Below are positions 27,132-35,740 of a stretch of 60,977 bases of DNA, one piece after another. Positions within the stretch are counted from its first letter, which is position 1; each line of letters opens with the position of its first letter. This stretch comes from Bdellovibrionota bacterium (GTDB lineage Bacteria; Bdellovibrionota; FAC87; UBA2466), in NCBI GenBank assembly GCA_041736915.1, contig JBGSST010000158.1, positions 1-60,977 on the forward strand. Reading direction: 5' to 3'. The notes under the pieces are model-generated. The model saw nothing but the letters and a program-made list of their open reading frames with translations, did not search any database and was not told the DNA's origin. The position numbers were made by a program, and so were the translations under genes.

Positions 27132-29023
27132 TGACTTTTTCAACCTTCTCCATAGCTGTTCTCATGGCATTGTCTCGACTCATGGGGGTCGATCCATTGC
27201 CAGCAAAGAATCCATCGGGATGGACCGTCGTCCAGGATTGGACGGCGCAGGAGAGCGGTCACGTTCTACGTGCGCGATCGTCAAAAGTTGTTGAACAGTG
27301 CCAAGCCAACCCTAATCTAGTCGTCCGTTTTCCCGTCATCGTTCATTCGGCCCATGAAATCTACATGGACGGGCAGAAGATTCTTACCTTTGGCGACAAG
27401 TCGTTCCGTACGGTCCGGTCGTTTTACGGCTATCCGGAGATAGCATGCCAGGAATTGGTCGCCGCCAAGGAAATGGAGTGGGTGGCTCACTCCTATAGCC
27501 GCTACTTCGCGCGAATTCACCACTACCCGGAGGTGAGAGAAAAGCTGCAGACGGGCATCCTCATCACCGAGACACTCAATGCCATAGCCGCGGGGGCTCT
27601 GCTGATCATTGCGATCTTTACCGTCGCGATCTTCCGCGGAAAAGTAGAGCAGAAGCTGTGGGTTTCGTTAGGGCTGGCTAGTCTAGGGTTCTGCGTCTAT
27701 TTCACCAACACGGTTCCCTTCCTTTTTGGATTCTCCCACAGCATGCTGGCGAGCCATAAGCTGGCCGACCTAGGTTTATGGGCCGGCACCGCTTTCTACT
27801 TTTACGCATTATTGGTTTATGGGGTCTGCAATAAGTTGGTTTACCAGGTGTACTGCGGACTACTCTTTCTGGCCTGCGTGATCATCAGCTTTGGCGCCGA
27901 CGGCGACGTTGTTCAGTTTGGGACTACACTTCCTTTTTTAGGAACACCCGTGTTGCTCATCTCATGCGGTTTGCATGAGTTTAGAAGAATGCGCGCTGGC
28001 GCAGACAGAAAGAAGGCCGGTTTTGCCATTCTCAGCCTGCTGTTTTTCTTCTTAGTTTCGGTCAACGATATTCTGTCAGTAGTTGGTTTAGCCGATGGGT
28101 ATATGTTTCTTTCTGTCGGATTCATCGGGGGAATGCTGTTTTTCGCGCTCTCGATCAATGAGAATATCAGCGTGGTTTACCAGGAGCGCGATTACCTGAA
28201 TTCGAATCTGGAAAACGAGGTCGCCCGAAAAACGGAAGAGCTTCAGGGAAAAACCGAAGCTCTGGAACTGGCGATGCGTGACCTAAAGGCGACTCAAGGC
28301 GAACTGGTTCAATCCGCCAAGTTAGCTTCGCTAGGCACACTGTCTGCGGGTATTGCCCACGAGATCAATAACTCTTTGAACTTCGTCTACGGGGCTTTGC
28401 GCCCTCTAGAGAACCTATTCGAAAGAAATTCCGATATTCCGTCGGACCAGAAGGAAAAGGCCAAAAAGTTATTCGGGGTAATGGGCGATGGTTTGCGCCT
28501 AACCTTCGAGATCATTAAGAGCCTGCGTAACTTTACCGGATTGAACCAGGCGAAGATGAACGATATCGATCTCAAACAGGTGATCGAAACGGTCCTTACC
28601 ATCCTGCGAAATCGCACCAAGAACTCGGTTAAGGTCCACGTCGACATGCCGGGCGACGTACACGTTTACGGAAGCGTAGTCGGGCTCAATCAGGTTTTCA
28701 TGAACCTGGTAGGGAATGCCATCGACGCTATGCCCGATGGGGGAAACCTTTGGATTAGCTGCACATCGGATGAAAGCCAGGTGGTCGTCAAACTAAAGGA
28801 TAGCGGCCAAGGGATTCCGAAGGACGTACAGGTTCGCATGTTCGAACCATTCTTCACCACTAAAGAAGTTGGTAAGGGCACGGGGCTTGGTTTGCACATC
28901 GTTAGGCAAGAGATTGAAAAACACCGCGGCAACATTCGCTGCGAGTCCGAGCCCGGTCAGGGAACAACGTTCATCATTACTTTCCCTCTTTCGGAAGAAC
29001 AGTTTCTCAAGGAGGCCGCATGA
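27131..29023 (+). CDS. Sensor histidine kinase with 7TMR-DISM-type extracellular and 7-TM input
   Basis: Signal peptide, a ~130-aa extracytoplasmic domain, about 7 TM helices and a coiled coil. H-box AHEINNSL, N-box NLVGNAIDA, G-boxes DSGQGIP and GTGLGL. The start overlaps the upstream stop (TAATG). Confidence 0.85.
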   Translation: MTFSTFSIAVLMALSRLMGVDPLPAKNPSGWTVVQDWTAQESGHVLRARSSKVVEQCQANPNLVVRFPVIVHSAHEIYMDGQKILTFGDKSFRTVRSFYGYPEIACQELVAAKEMEWVAHSYSRYFARIHHYPEVREKLQTGILITETLNAIAAGALLIIAIFTVAIFRGKVEQKLWVSLGLASLGFCVYFTNTVPFLFGFSHSMLASHKLADLGLWAGTAFYFYALLVYGVCNKLVYQVYCGLLFLACVIISFGADGDVVQFGTTLPFLGTPVLLISCGLHEFRRMRAGADRKKAGFAILSLLFFFLVSVNDILSVVGLADGYMFLSVGFIGGMLFFALSINENISVVYQERDYLNSNLENEVARKTEELQGKTEALELAMRDLKATQGELVQSAKLASLGTLSAGIAHEINNSLNFVYGALRPLENLFERNSDIPSDQKEKAKKLFGVMGDGLRLTFEIIKSLRNFTGLNQAKMNDIDLKQVIETVLTILRNRTKNSVKVHVDMPGDVHVYGSVVGLNQVFMNLVGNAIDAMPDGGNLWISCTSDESQVVVKLKDSGQGIPKDVQVRMFEPFFTTKEVGKGTGLGLHIVRQEIEKHRGNIRCESEPGQGTTFIITFPLSEEQFLKEAA

Positions 29024-30228
29024 AGCCGGTCTTATTTTTTGTGGATGACGAGCCTCATAATCTCACGGTTTTCGAAGCGGCGATGCCTTCGGAATGGGAC
29101 GTAAAGACGTTCGATGATCCGTTGAAGGCCCTCGAAGCGCTCGAACGTTCGGTTCCTTGCGTGATTGTGTCAGATCAAAGAATGCCCGGTATCACGGGCG
29201 TCCGTTTCCTCGAACTGGCGAGAAAACTTCATCCGAATGCGATTCGAATCATCGTCACCGGTTACTCCGAGGAGGATTTGGTTGTCGAGTCGGTCCGAAA
29301 GGCGCAGATCTTCGATTACATCAAAAAGCCGTGGGAGCCCGACGAACTGCTGGCGAGTCTTACGCGGGCAATGGAATTCTACCGCGCCAATGAGGAAAGC
29401 CGCCGGCTCACTGAGGAAATTAAAGCTCGCAATCTCGAGCTGGAAGCTACGACTAAGGCATTGGAAGAAGCCAAAACTCGCGAAGAAAAGTTTCGTAAGG
29501 AGCTGGAGTGCTGGGTTCCGCCGTTCGTTCTGCGGTACTTGGAAAACGGGCAGGAACGGTTGCCGATTAAACGCGACATCGTTGGTATCGCATTCGACAT
29601 CATTGCAAGCTCCGGAATTCACAACAAGGAAGTCTCGGGACGGCCTCTGCGCAGCCTCGTCATTCAAGCTTTTTCCGAAAGCTTGATTCGGCACGGCGGT
29701 TGGCGTGAGTCGCATGCCGGTGATTCGGCTTATGGCCATTTTGGTCTCATGGAGACGGCGAACAACCCTTACGAAGCGGCCTTCGCGGCGGCCCGCGAGT
29801 TTCGCGTAGCGCTAAAGAGCATTACGGACGTGCACGGCATTGAGATCGAATGCGGCGTTGCGCTTCACGTGGCGCGCGGTTGTCAGGTGGATATCCATCA
29901 AGTGCAGTTGCAGACTGCTGCCGGGTCGGTAACGCAAAAATCGTTCGATACCTCTTCAATCGAAATCGATCTGCTTCATCGTATGGAGAAGCTAGTTCAT
30001 CAGCTGCCCGGCACGAACATCGTGATGTCGGGAGACTTCATTAGGTCACTCCGAAATCCGCCCGATACGGCGAAGCCGCTCGGCGACTTCAAGTTCAAGG
30101 GGCAGGACAAGCCGGTGGAGCTGCACGTGTTTCCGTCCAACCGAGTGAAGCCGGAAGACCTGGATAAGGTTCGTGCAGCCCCCGAATCAGTTCCCCAGAA
30201 CGTGGTTTCCATTTCGAAGGTCGCGTAG
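29020..30228 (+). CDS. Response regulator: receiver domain plus class III nucleotidyl cyclase homology domain
   Basis: REC motifs (FFVDDEP, VSDQRMPG, KPW), a coiled coil, then a CHD-like region (GIAFDIIASS, GDSAYGHFG, KFKGQDKPVELHVF). ATGA overlap with the kinase gene. Confidence 0.75.
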   Translation: MKPVLFFVDDEPHNLTVFEAAMPSEWDVKTFDDPLKALEALERSVPCVIVSDQRMPGITGVRFLELARKLHPNAIRIIVTGYSEEDLVVESVRKAQIFDYIKKPWEPDELLASLTRAMEFYRANEESRRLTEEIKARNLELEATTKALEEAKTREEKFRKELECWVPPFVLRYLENGQERLPIKRDIVGIAFDIIASSGIHNKEVSGRPLRSLVIQAFSESLIRHGGWRESHAGDSAYGHFGLMETANNPYEAAFAAAREFRVALKSITDVHGIEIECGVALHVARGCQVDIHQVQLQTAAGSVTQKSFDTSSIEIDLLHRMEKLVHQLPGTNIVMSGDFIRSLRNPPDTAKPLGDFKFKGQDKPVELHVFPSNRVKPEDLDKVRAAPESVPQNVVSISKVA

Positions 30229-30333
30229 GCCAGACTAATAGCTTAGTGATAACGGTAACTTACTATCCATCCAACGTTACGGTTGCCGCGTTCCGTCGAC
30301 CAAGGTAAACCCGTTGGTTCGTTTCGTTCCTTC

Positions 30334-30410
30334 GGGTGCCTAGCTCAGTTGGTTAGAGCGCCGCCTTCACACGGCGGAGGTCACAGGTTCGACCCCTGTG
30401 GCACCCACCA
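30334..30410 (+). tRNA. tRNA-Val (anticodon CAC), CCA encoded
   Basis: A perfect cloverleaf was read by hand: acceptor GGGTGCC/GGCACCC, D-arm GCTC-AGTTGGTTA-GAGC, anticodon arm CCGCC-TTCACAC-GGCGG, variable AGGTC, T-arm ACAGG-TTCGACC-CCTGT, discriminator A, then CCA. Confidence 0.95.
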
Positions 30411-32151
30411 TTTTTAGGCAGGTACTGGAAACGTCCTCCACCCTGCAATCAGCCGAAAAGGACGAGCCATCCCGCAAAATGAAATCCAGCCGCCGATTCC
30501 CTTCGGCATCCTCATCACCCACAACAACCGCTTCAAATAACCGTGCATAGACGCTCCTGAGAGCCACAGGGTCGTGTGCAGCAAGTTTCCTTTGTGCTTC
30601 CTTAGCCGCATCACCATAAGAGGCGATATTGCGCGCTGAGTCGTGGATGGCGGTAATCTTCTCTTCCAGAGCCTCCCGCTTTATTTTGAGCTTTCCAATT
30701 TCCGAGTTAATCGCAGCCATTTTTGCGCGGTATTCCTGCTTAAAAGCATCCGCTTCGGCGCGGTCGGTCCCTTCCAGCAAGAAATCCAATCTCATATCCA
30801 ATTTTTCCCTAGATTTTTTGAGTCCGACGATCTGGCCATCAAAATGATCCAGTTGCTCCGTGCAGGCAGCTAGAGCCTCATCATTTTTAAGGATGCGAGC
30901 CCTGATCGCCTCCTGCATCTCTTTTGAATTCGCGCTGATCTGGTTGACGGTTTCCTGGGTCTTTTCTTCGATGATCTCAGCGGGGATTCTGATTTTGTGA
31001 CCTTTGTTCCAGTAATAAAGATGCTTTAGTTGGCTCGTGCTTGACCATGCTCCGGTGCCCGCAAATGTCGAACCATCTTTGAATTTGAGCACACCTGACA
31101 GCGGATAAATTCTACGGGTGGCTTTATCGACTGTTTTATTACCGGCAACGAGAGTGACGGTATCTTGCACCTTTTCCCAAAGTTCCGAATCAATCGCCTG
31201 ACCGTGGGGCAGCTCGATTTCCTGATAGCGGTCATAGGGCATTAGCTTGTCTTGGTTTTTCTCTTTATTCTCGCGATTCAAAATCCATTTGCCCATGTAG
31301 CGGCTGTTGGTCAAAAGTCCGCGCAAGATTCCGATGGTAAATGGCTCCCCGCTCTTGTTGCACACGCCGCTTTTTTCGCACCTCTCCAAAAGGCGCTCAT
31401 AAGAACGGCACGCCAAAAACTCATTCATGATCCAGACGACTTGCTTCATTTCCTGATCATTGATCGTGTAAAGCCCGACTTTGGGTTCACCATTCACTAA
31501 AAGCTGATCAAGTCCAAGAAACGTGCGCGAGGTATTGAACTTCCCCGAATGAATCATCGCGGAGAAGTTGTTTTCTTTGATCCGCCTTGAGGTTTGGTTG
31601 GATTCGTATTCGGCAAAGGCCGCCATGATGTCGAGCTGGAAAATCTGGGATGGATCATTCGGATTAAACGGGAAGCTGCGAATACAAATGGCGCAATCTT
31701 TCTCAATGCAAAGTCGAAAGAAGCGTTTCCAAATATCCGTCTCTCGTGCGATGCGGGCGAGTTCTTTGAAGATGACGAAGCGGTATTTTCCAGACTGGAT
31801 ATTGCTTTGCAGCCTAATGAACTCTGGTCGCTTGTCGTGACGGCCCGTAATCCCTGGTTCGATATAAAACTTAGTGATCTTGTAGTTCACCTTATCAGCG
31901 TTCGAGCGCGTGATGGCCTCGGAAATAGAGATGTAGATTTGTTGCTCAAGCGAGCCCTTTTCAACGGAAACTTGCTGATCGGTAGAAAGCCTAAGATACG
32001 CGGCTCCGTTGATAGTGTCCCAGCTTGGATCAACTGGTTGCCATGTCTCGATGTACTGTTGGGCCAGCGTCTTGCAGTCTTCAACGATACGGGCAACAAG
32101 TCCCTTGAACTCATCACGGGTCATCTTAGGTTTGATCGCCAATGCCGACAT
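30367..32151 (-). CDS. Large serine recombinase (integrase)
   Basis: 594 aa. N-terminal resolvase-type catalytic motif AAYLRLSTDQQ, a recombinase/zinc-ribbon-like middle and a long coiled-coil region. The last 14 codons plus the stop are encoded antisense to the tRNA-Val 3' half. Confidence 0.85.
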   Translation of the reverse strand: MSALAIKPKMTRDEFKGLVARIVEDCKTLAQQYIETWQPVDPSWDTINGAAYLRLSTDQQVSVEKGSLEQQIYISISEAITRSNADKVNYKITKFYIEPGITGRHDKRPEFIRLQSNIQSGKYRFVIFKELARIARETDIWKRFFRLCIEKDCAICIRSFPFNPNDPSQIFQLDIMAAFAEYESNQTSRRIKENNFSAMIHSGKFNTSRTFLGLDQLLVNGEPKVGLYTINDQEMKQVVWIMNEFLACRSYERLLERCEKSGVCNKSGEPFTIGILRGLLTNSRYMGKWILNRENKEKNQDKLMPYDRYQEIELPHGQAIDSELWEKVQDTVTLVAGNKTVDKATRRIYPLSGVLKFKDGSTFAGTGAWSSTSQLKHLYYWNKGHKIRIPAEIIEEKTQETVNQISANSKEMQEAIRARILKNDEALAACTEQLDHFDGQIVGLKKSREKLDMRLDFLLEGTDRAEADAFKQEYRAKMAAINSEIGKLKIKREALEEKITAIHDSARNIASYGDAAKEAQRKLAAHDPVALRSVYARLFEAVVVGDEDAEGNRRLDFILRDGSSFSADCRVEDVSSTCLKMVGATGVEPVTSAV

Positions 32152-32156
32152 CTTTA

Positions 32157-32567
32157 CTAACCTCCCGAATTTCTCACCGCGTCCGCAAATATTTGACTGA
32201 CATCATTGATAAGCGACGGGGTTAAGTTTCCTCGCACATAGCACTTAAATTTTTTCGCGTTCTCAATCACCGCAGCTCGCTTCGTCCGCATTTTTTTGCG
32301 AAACAATTTCTTCTGCTGGCGAACGCAGGGTTTGCACTTGCTGGCGAATCGCTCTCGCTTCTTGTGAAACTCTTTCCAGGGTTTCCATTTTTGACAGCGT
32401 GTGCATACCCTTCCTTCGGATTCCTTGAGCGTTTTTCCCCGGCAGCTCGCGCATTTTTTCTCGCCTTCCGCGAACTGCTTTCGCTCCTTATTTTCACCGC
32501 AAACATAGCATTTTTTGGTGTTCTCAACAACCGTTTGATCGCTGGAATTTCCGTTATTTACGAGCAT
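32157..32567 (-). CDS. Basic Cys-rich protein with four CxxC pairs (double zinc-ribbon-like)
   Basis: 136 aa with CYVC, CASC, CTRC and CKPC, and Lys/Arg-rich. It ends 5 nt upstream of the recombinase start. Confidence 0.55.
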   Translation of the reverse strand: MLVNNGNSSDQTVVENTKKCYVCGENKERKQFAEGEKKCASCRGKTLKESEGRVCTRCQKWKPWKEFHKKRERFASKCKPCVRQQKKLFRKKMRTKRAAVIENAKKFKCYVRGNLTPSLINDVSQIFADAVRNSGG

Positions 32568-32666
32568 TTTTGACTCTCAAAATGCCCGGCTTCGCGTTCG
32601 GTTGAAGAGGCCAGTTAGGTTCCTAAAAGTCTCGCCACGGAGGGGAGAGAAGCACGTTAATAGGGG

Positions 32667-33053
32667 CTATTCCTGCTCCTTCTCCGCCTCATTAGGAGGC
32701 TGGTTTACTTGGGTCACTGACGCTGTGAAATCGGCCAGAAGGCGACCCAAGAACTGCTCTTTCGAGAATTGAGTGTCACCAGTCTTGGCTTGCTGGCGAA
32801 ACAACAGCTCCAACTTGTCCGCATTGGACAGGCTCGTTTCCTGCAACTCGCGCTTGTCGTCGTCGGTCAGTTTGCTGATCGCCTTTGCAACGTAGTCGCT
32901 AAAGCTGATGCGACGGCCAAAATCTTTTTTGTTCAACTTCGCAAGCTCGCGACGAATCGCACGCGCAATATCTTTATGTACGCGAATCGGAACGGTGTTA
33001 GTCGGATTGTTCTTGGTTGGCTGAGGCTTCTGATTCTGTTCGTTCGGTTCCAT
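32667..33053 (-). CDS. Small DNA-binding-like protein (ribbon-helix-helix-like)
   Basis: 128 aa. A polar N-terminus is followed by a beta-strand/helix pattern (VPIRVHKDIARAIRRELAKL) resembling RHH/MobC-type accessory proteins. This is a pattern-only call. Confidence 0.4.
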   Translation of the reverse strand: MEPNEQNQKPQPTKNNPTNTVPIRVHKDIARAIRRELAKLNKKDFGRRISFSDYVAKAISKLTDDDKRELQETSLSNADKLELLFRQQAKTGDTQFSKEQFLGRLLADFTASVTQVNQPPNEAEKEQE

Positions 33054-33310
33054 ATCGGACTCCTGTTTGAGTGAAGTCCGCGATGGTTGGTAGGGCTTCG
33101 GATAAGTATTGTATTGGCTCTGGACGTAGAGGCCGTAAAAACTAGGCGTTTATTGAGATGGGCTGCATACGAGCAACAAGCATCTCAGTCCGTAATAAAT
33201 TGTCATTTTTGAATTTCTGGAAACTCTCGTCATATCCATTACTTCTTCTCCTTCCTTTAAAATCGCCCCCTATGACCGATACATAAGCAAATGCACACAC
33301 CATGTCATAC

Positions 33311-34057
33311 CTACAGAGTGATGCAGGAGTTACGCAGATTGGTGAACACCTTGTTTTCGGTTCCACTCCATTTTGAAAAATCTGAGTAGTAGAACTTCGG
33401 AGTTTCTTCACCCATCACGCTCTTCTCGATGCCACGGATGTAGTTGAGCAATGCTTCATTCTTACAAATGTAGAGAACACCAGGAATAGACTTGGTGTTG
33501 TAATATCGACGAACAAGATCCTTGTACCGATCCGCATACTTCCTTGCCGCCTCGTATTCCAAAGCAAGACGAAAAGGTTTTGCTTGCAGCTCGATTTCAA
33601 CTACGGCATCGGGGCGAATATCTCCCATCAAAAAATCTTCCACCGAGAAGGAAACAAGCCCATCTCCCGTGATTAGATTCTCAGGATAGTAGCGTTTGAG
33701 CTTTTTGGATTGCGACAATATCCAACGAACTTCGAGTAAATCCACATCGTGAGCAGGTGCTTTGCTGCCAAGCTCCTTTTTAACATTTTTTCCAAGCGGC
33801 ATGATGAATCGTTTGAAGCCTTCGTCTGCCAAACTGAAAAGAGCCTTGTGCCCAAGTCCGTAATGAAAAGCTCCCTTGATCAGACGATTCCTAACCAGTT
33901 TTGCGAGGCGATTCTGCACGCTTCGTCTGTTGTAATCGGAATAGATGTGGCGGTGAATCTGATCAGTCGCCGCAATTTTGTTTTCGTATAGGTATCGAAA
34001 TAGTTTTTCATCTGAGGAACCAATTTCGATTCCTCGTTTTGGTTTCATAAGCTGCAT
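33311..34057 (-). CDS. Replication-relaxation (Replic_Relax)-like protein with N-terminal winged helix
   Basis: 248 aa. The N-terminal wHTH pattern (DEKLFRYLYENKIAATDQIHRHIY...VQNRLAKLVRNRLI) and the size match the family. The start overlaps the stop of the upstream FtsK-like gene by 13 nt. Confidence 0.5.
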   Translation of the reverse strand: MQLMKPKRGIEIGSSDEKLFRYLYENKIAATDQIHRHIYSDYNRRSVQNRLAKLVRNRLIKGAFHYGLGHKALFSLADEGFKRFIMPLGKNVKKELGSKAPAHDVDLLEVRWILSQSKKLKRYYPENLITGDGLVSFSVEDFLMGDIRPDAVVEIELQAKPFRLALEYEAARKYADRYKDLVRRYYNTKSIPGVLYICKNEALLNYIRGIEKSVMGEETPKFYYSDFSKWSGTENKVFTNLRNSCITL

Positions 34058-35655
34058 ACTTCGTCTCCTTCTTCTTCAGCAGCATTGGCGAGATCGCTCG
34101 CGGAATCAGCAGCGTTTGCATCACTTTCATTTGCTGGTTTGCTACGGTTCGCAGCCTGCTCTAGTTCACTCGCGGCGGCTTTTTGTTGCGCGGGGATCTC
34201 GATCATGGGGTGGTAGAGTTTGCGCACTTCTTTGGCAAACTCCGCCTTAATTCGTGAGCACCGATCCACAATATCGACATCAGAGATGTAGGGAGCCTGT
34301 ACTACGGTGAGCTTGTTCCCGAGACTCCAGATGCCACGCCCCTTGGTATCGGGCAGCTCGGCGGCATCTTTGTTTCCAAGGACGATGAGCGATCCTTGCA
34401 AGGTGTTCATCTTGAAACACATTCGCGCCGAGATGTTTTCCTGAATGCTGGTTGCGATGATCTCTTTTGAGACCTTTTGAGTAGCCAGAATAAGATGGAT
34501 ACCGGCAGCGCGAGCGAGCTTTGAGAGATCGTCGGTGAGTCGTTGCGCTTGCGACGCCAAATTGAACTCAGGATCATCTTTGGCTCGTTTCATGTAGAGC
34601 ACTGACGCTTCGTCTACAGCTACGATGATCCGCTCTCGTTTGTCGCGCTTTGGCTCGATGAATTTCAGTTTCCTTTCCTCCAGGTAGTTGAACCTAGCCG
34701 TCATCTCGGCCTTCATTTTCCGCAGGATGTATACAGCATCAGCCATATTTTTAATCACGCGGACGTTGGGCGTATCGCTAAAATCGACCATCTCCAGACC
34801 GGCCTTAAGGTCGATGAGATACATTTGCAGGTGTGGGGATGATTGCAGAAGACCAACCAAGGCTTGCTTGAAGAAACAGCTTTTGCCTGCACCCGTGGTG
34901 CCCGCGATAAGCATGTGCGGCAGATCGCAAATATCTTTTTGCACCACACCGTCGAGTGCGCGACCAATGTAGAAACTGTACGGCTTCAGTTTCTCCTTCG
35001 CACTCACGTCTTCGTAGCTGACGTAGCCAGGGAGTTTCTTTTCCGTAAGCGTGAGCGAGATGAATCTTTGACTCTGCTCGTGCTCGATGGATTCAACTGC
35101 CTTGCCAAAGGCGGCTTCGAGATCGCCCGTAGCTGATTCAAAACGGGCTTTCCCAATGTTTCGAGTATCGAAGGTGAGCTTTACCCGTTTGGCGTCGAGA
35201 TTCTTACGGCTGACGAGCACAGGGCATTCGCCTACCTTGTTGGTTAGGCCAATGGCCTGGAATATCTTTTGGTACTTCGTGCGGGTGAATCGGAGCTGGA
35301 AGCCCAGCACAATCGAAATACAAGCCGTTAAAAGGCCGCTGACGACGTACAGGTGACTTGCAACGCTTTGGCGGTAGATCCAGGCGAGAAACTTTGTGCC
35401 AATGAGTTCAGGGGCTAGTTCCAGCAAAAGCCGCAAGTGATAGCCCTTGTAGCAGGCGTATAGGGCCGCACCGTAAACAAGAACAGTCGCGGGAATGGTG
35501 TAACGTGGCTTTTGGAAATGGAGCCTCACAAAATGAGAGAGGCCCATTCCGAAAACCACGACAGTTTCTTGCAGCACGTCCTCAATCAGTCGCGCAGCGG
35601 GACTGTCCCCACGGCGACCGGAGGGTGACTGCTCGTAAGATGATTTGCCTTGCAC
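34045..35655 (-). CDS. FtsK/SpoIIIE-family DNA translocase (candidate coupling protein)
   Basis: N-terminal TM helices, Walker A GTTGAGKS, Walker B IIVAVDEAS, and an FtsK-type LILATQK motif. GTG start at 35655 is preceded by GGAG. Confidence 0.85.
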   Translation of the reverse strand: MQGKSSYEQSPSGRRGDSPAARLIEDVLQETVVVFGMGLSHFVRLHFQKPRYTIPATVLVYGAALYACYKGYHLRLLLELAPELIGTKFLAWIYRQSVASHLYVVSGLLTACISIVLGFQLRFTRTKYQKIFQAIGLTNKVGECPVLVSRKNLDAKRVKLTFDTRNIGKARFESATGDLEAAFGKAVESIEHEQSQRFISLTLTEKKLPGYVSYEDVSAKEKLKPYSFYIGRALDGVVQKDICDLPHMLIAGTTGAGKSCFFKQALVGLLQSSPHLQMYLIDLKAGLEMVDFSDTPNVRVIKNMADAVYILRKMKAEMTARFNYLEERKLKFIEPKRDKRERIIVAVDEASVLYMKRAKDDPEFNLASQAQRLTDDLSKLARAAGIHLILATQKVSKEIIATSIQENISARMCFKMNTLQGSLIVLGNKDAAELPDTKGRGIWSLGNKLTVVQAPYISDVDIVDRCSRIKAEFAKEVRKLYHPMIEIPAQQKAAASELEQAANRSKPANESDANAADSASDLANAAEEEGDEVCSL

Positions 35656-35740
35656 ACGAAATCTCCGTGCGCTCGGCGCATCATGGTGGTGGCAAAGCGG
35701 AGCATTTTTTTAGGCGCGCAAGGATGCGTGGCCCAGGTTT

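Noticed and set aside
33142-33411. 89-aa ORF in the RHH/replication-relaxation intergenic gap
   Set aside because: It has no RBS, odd composition and overlaps the end of the neighbouring gene. I treated the region as non-coding (candidate oriT) instead.
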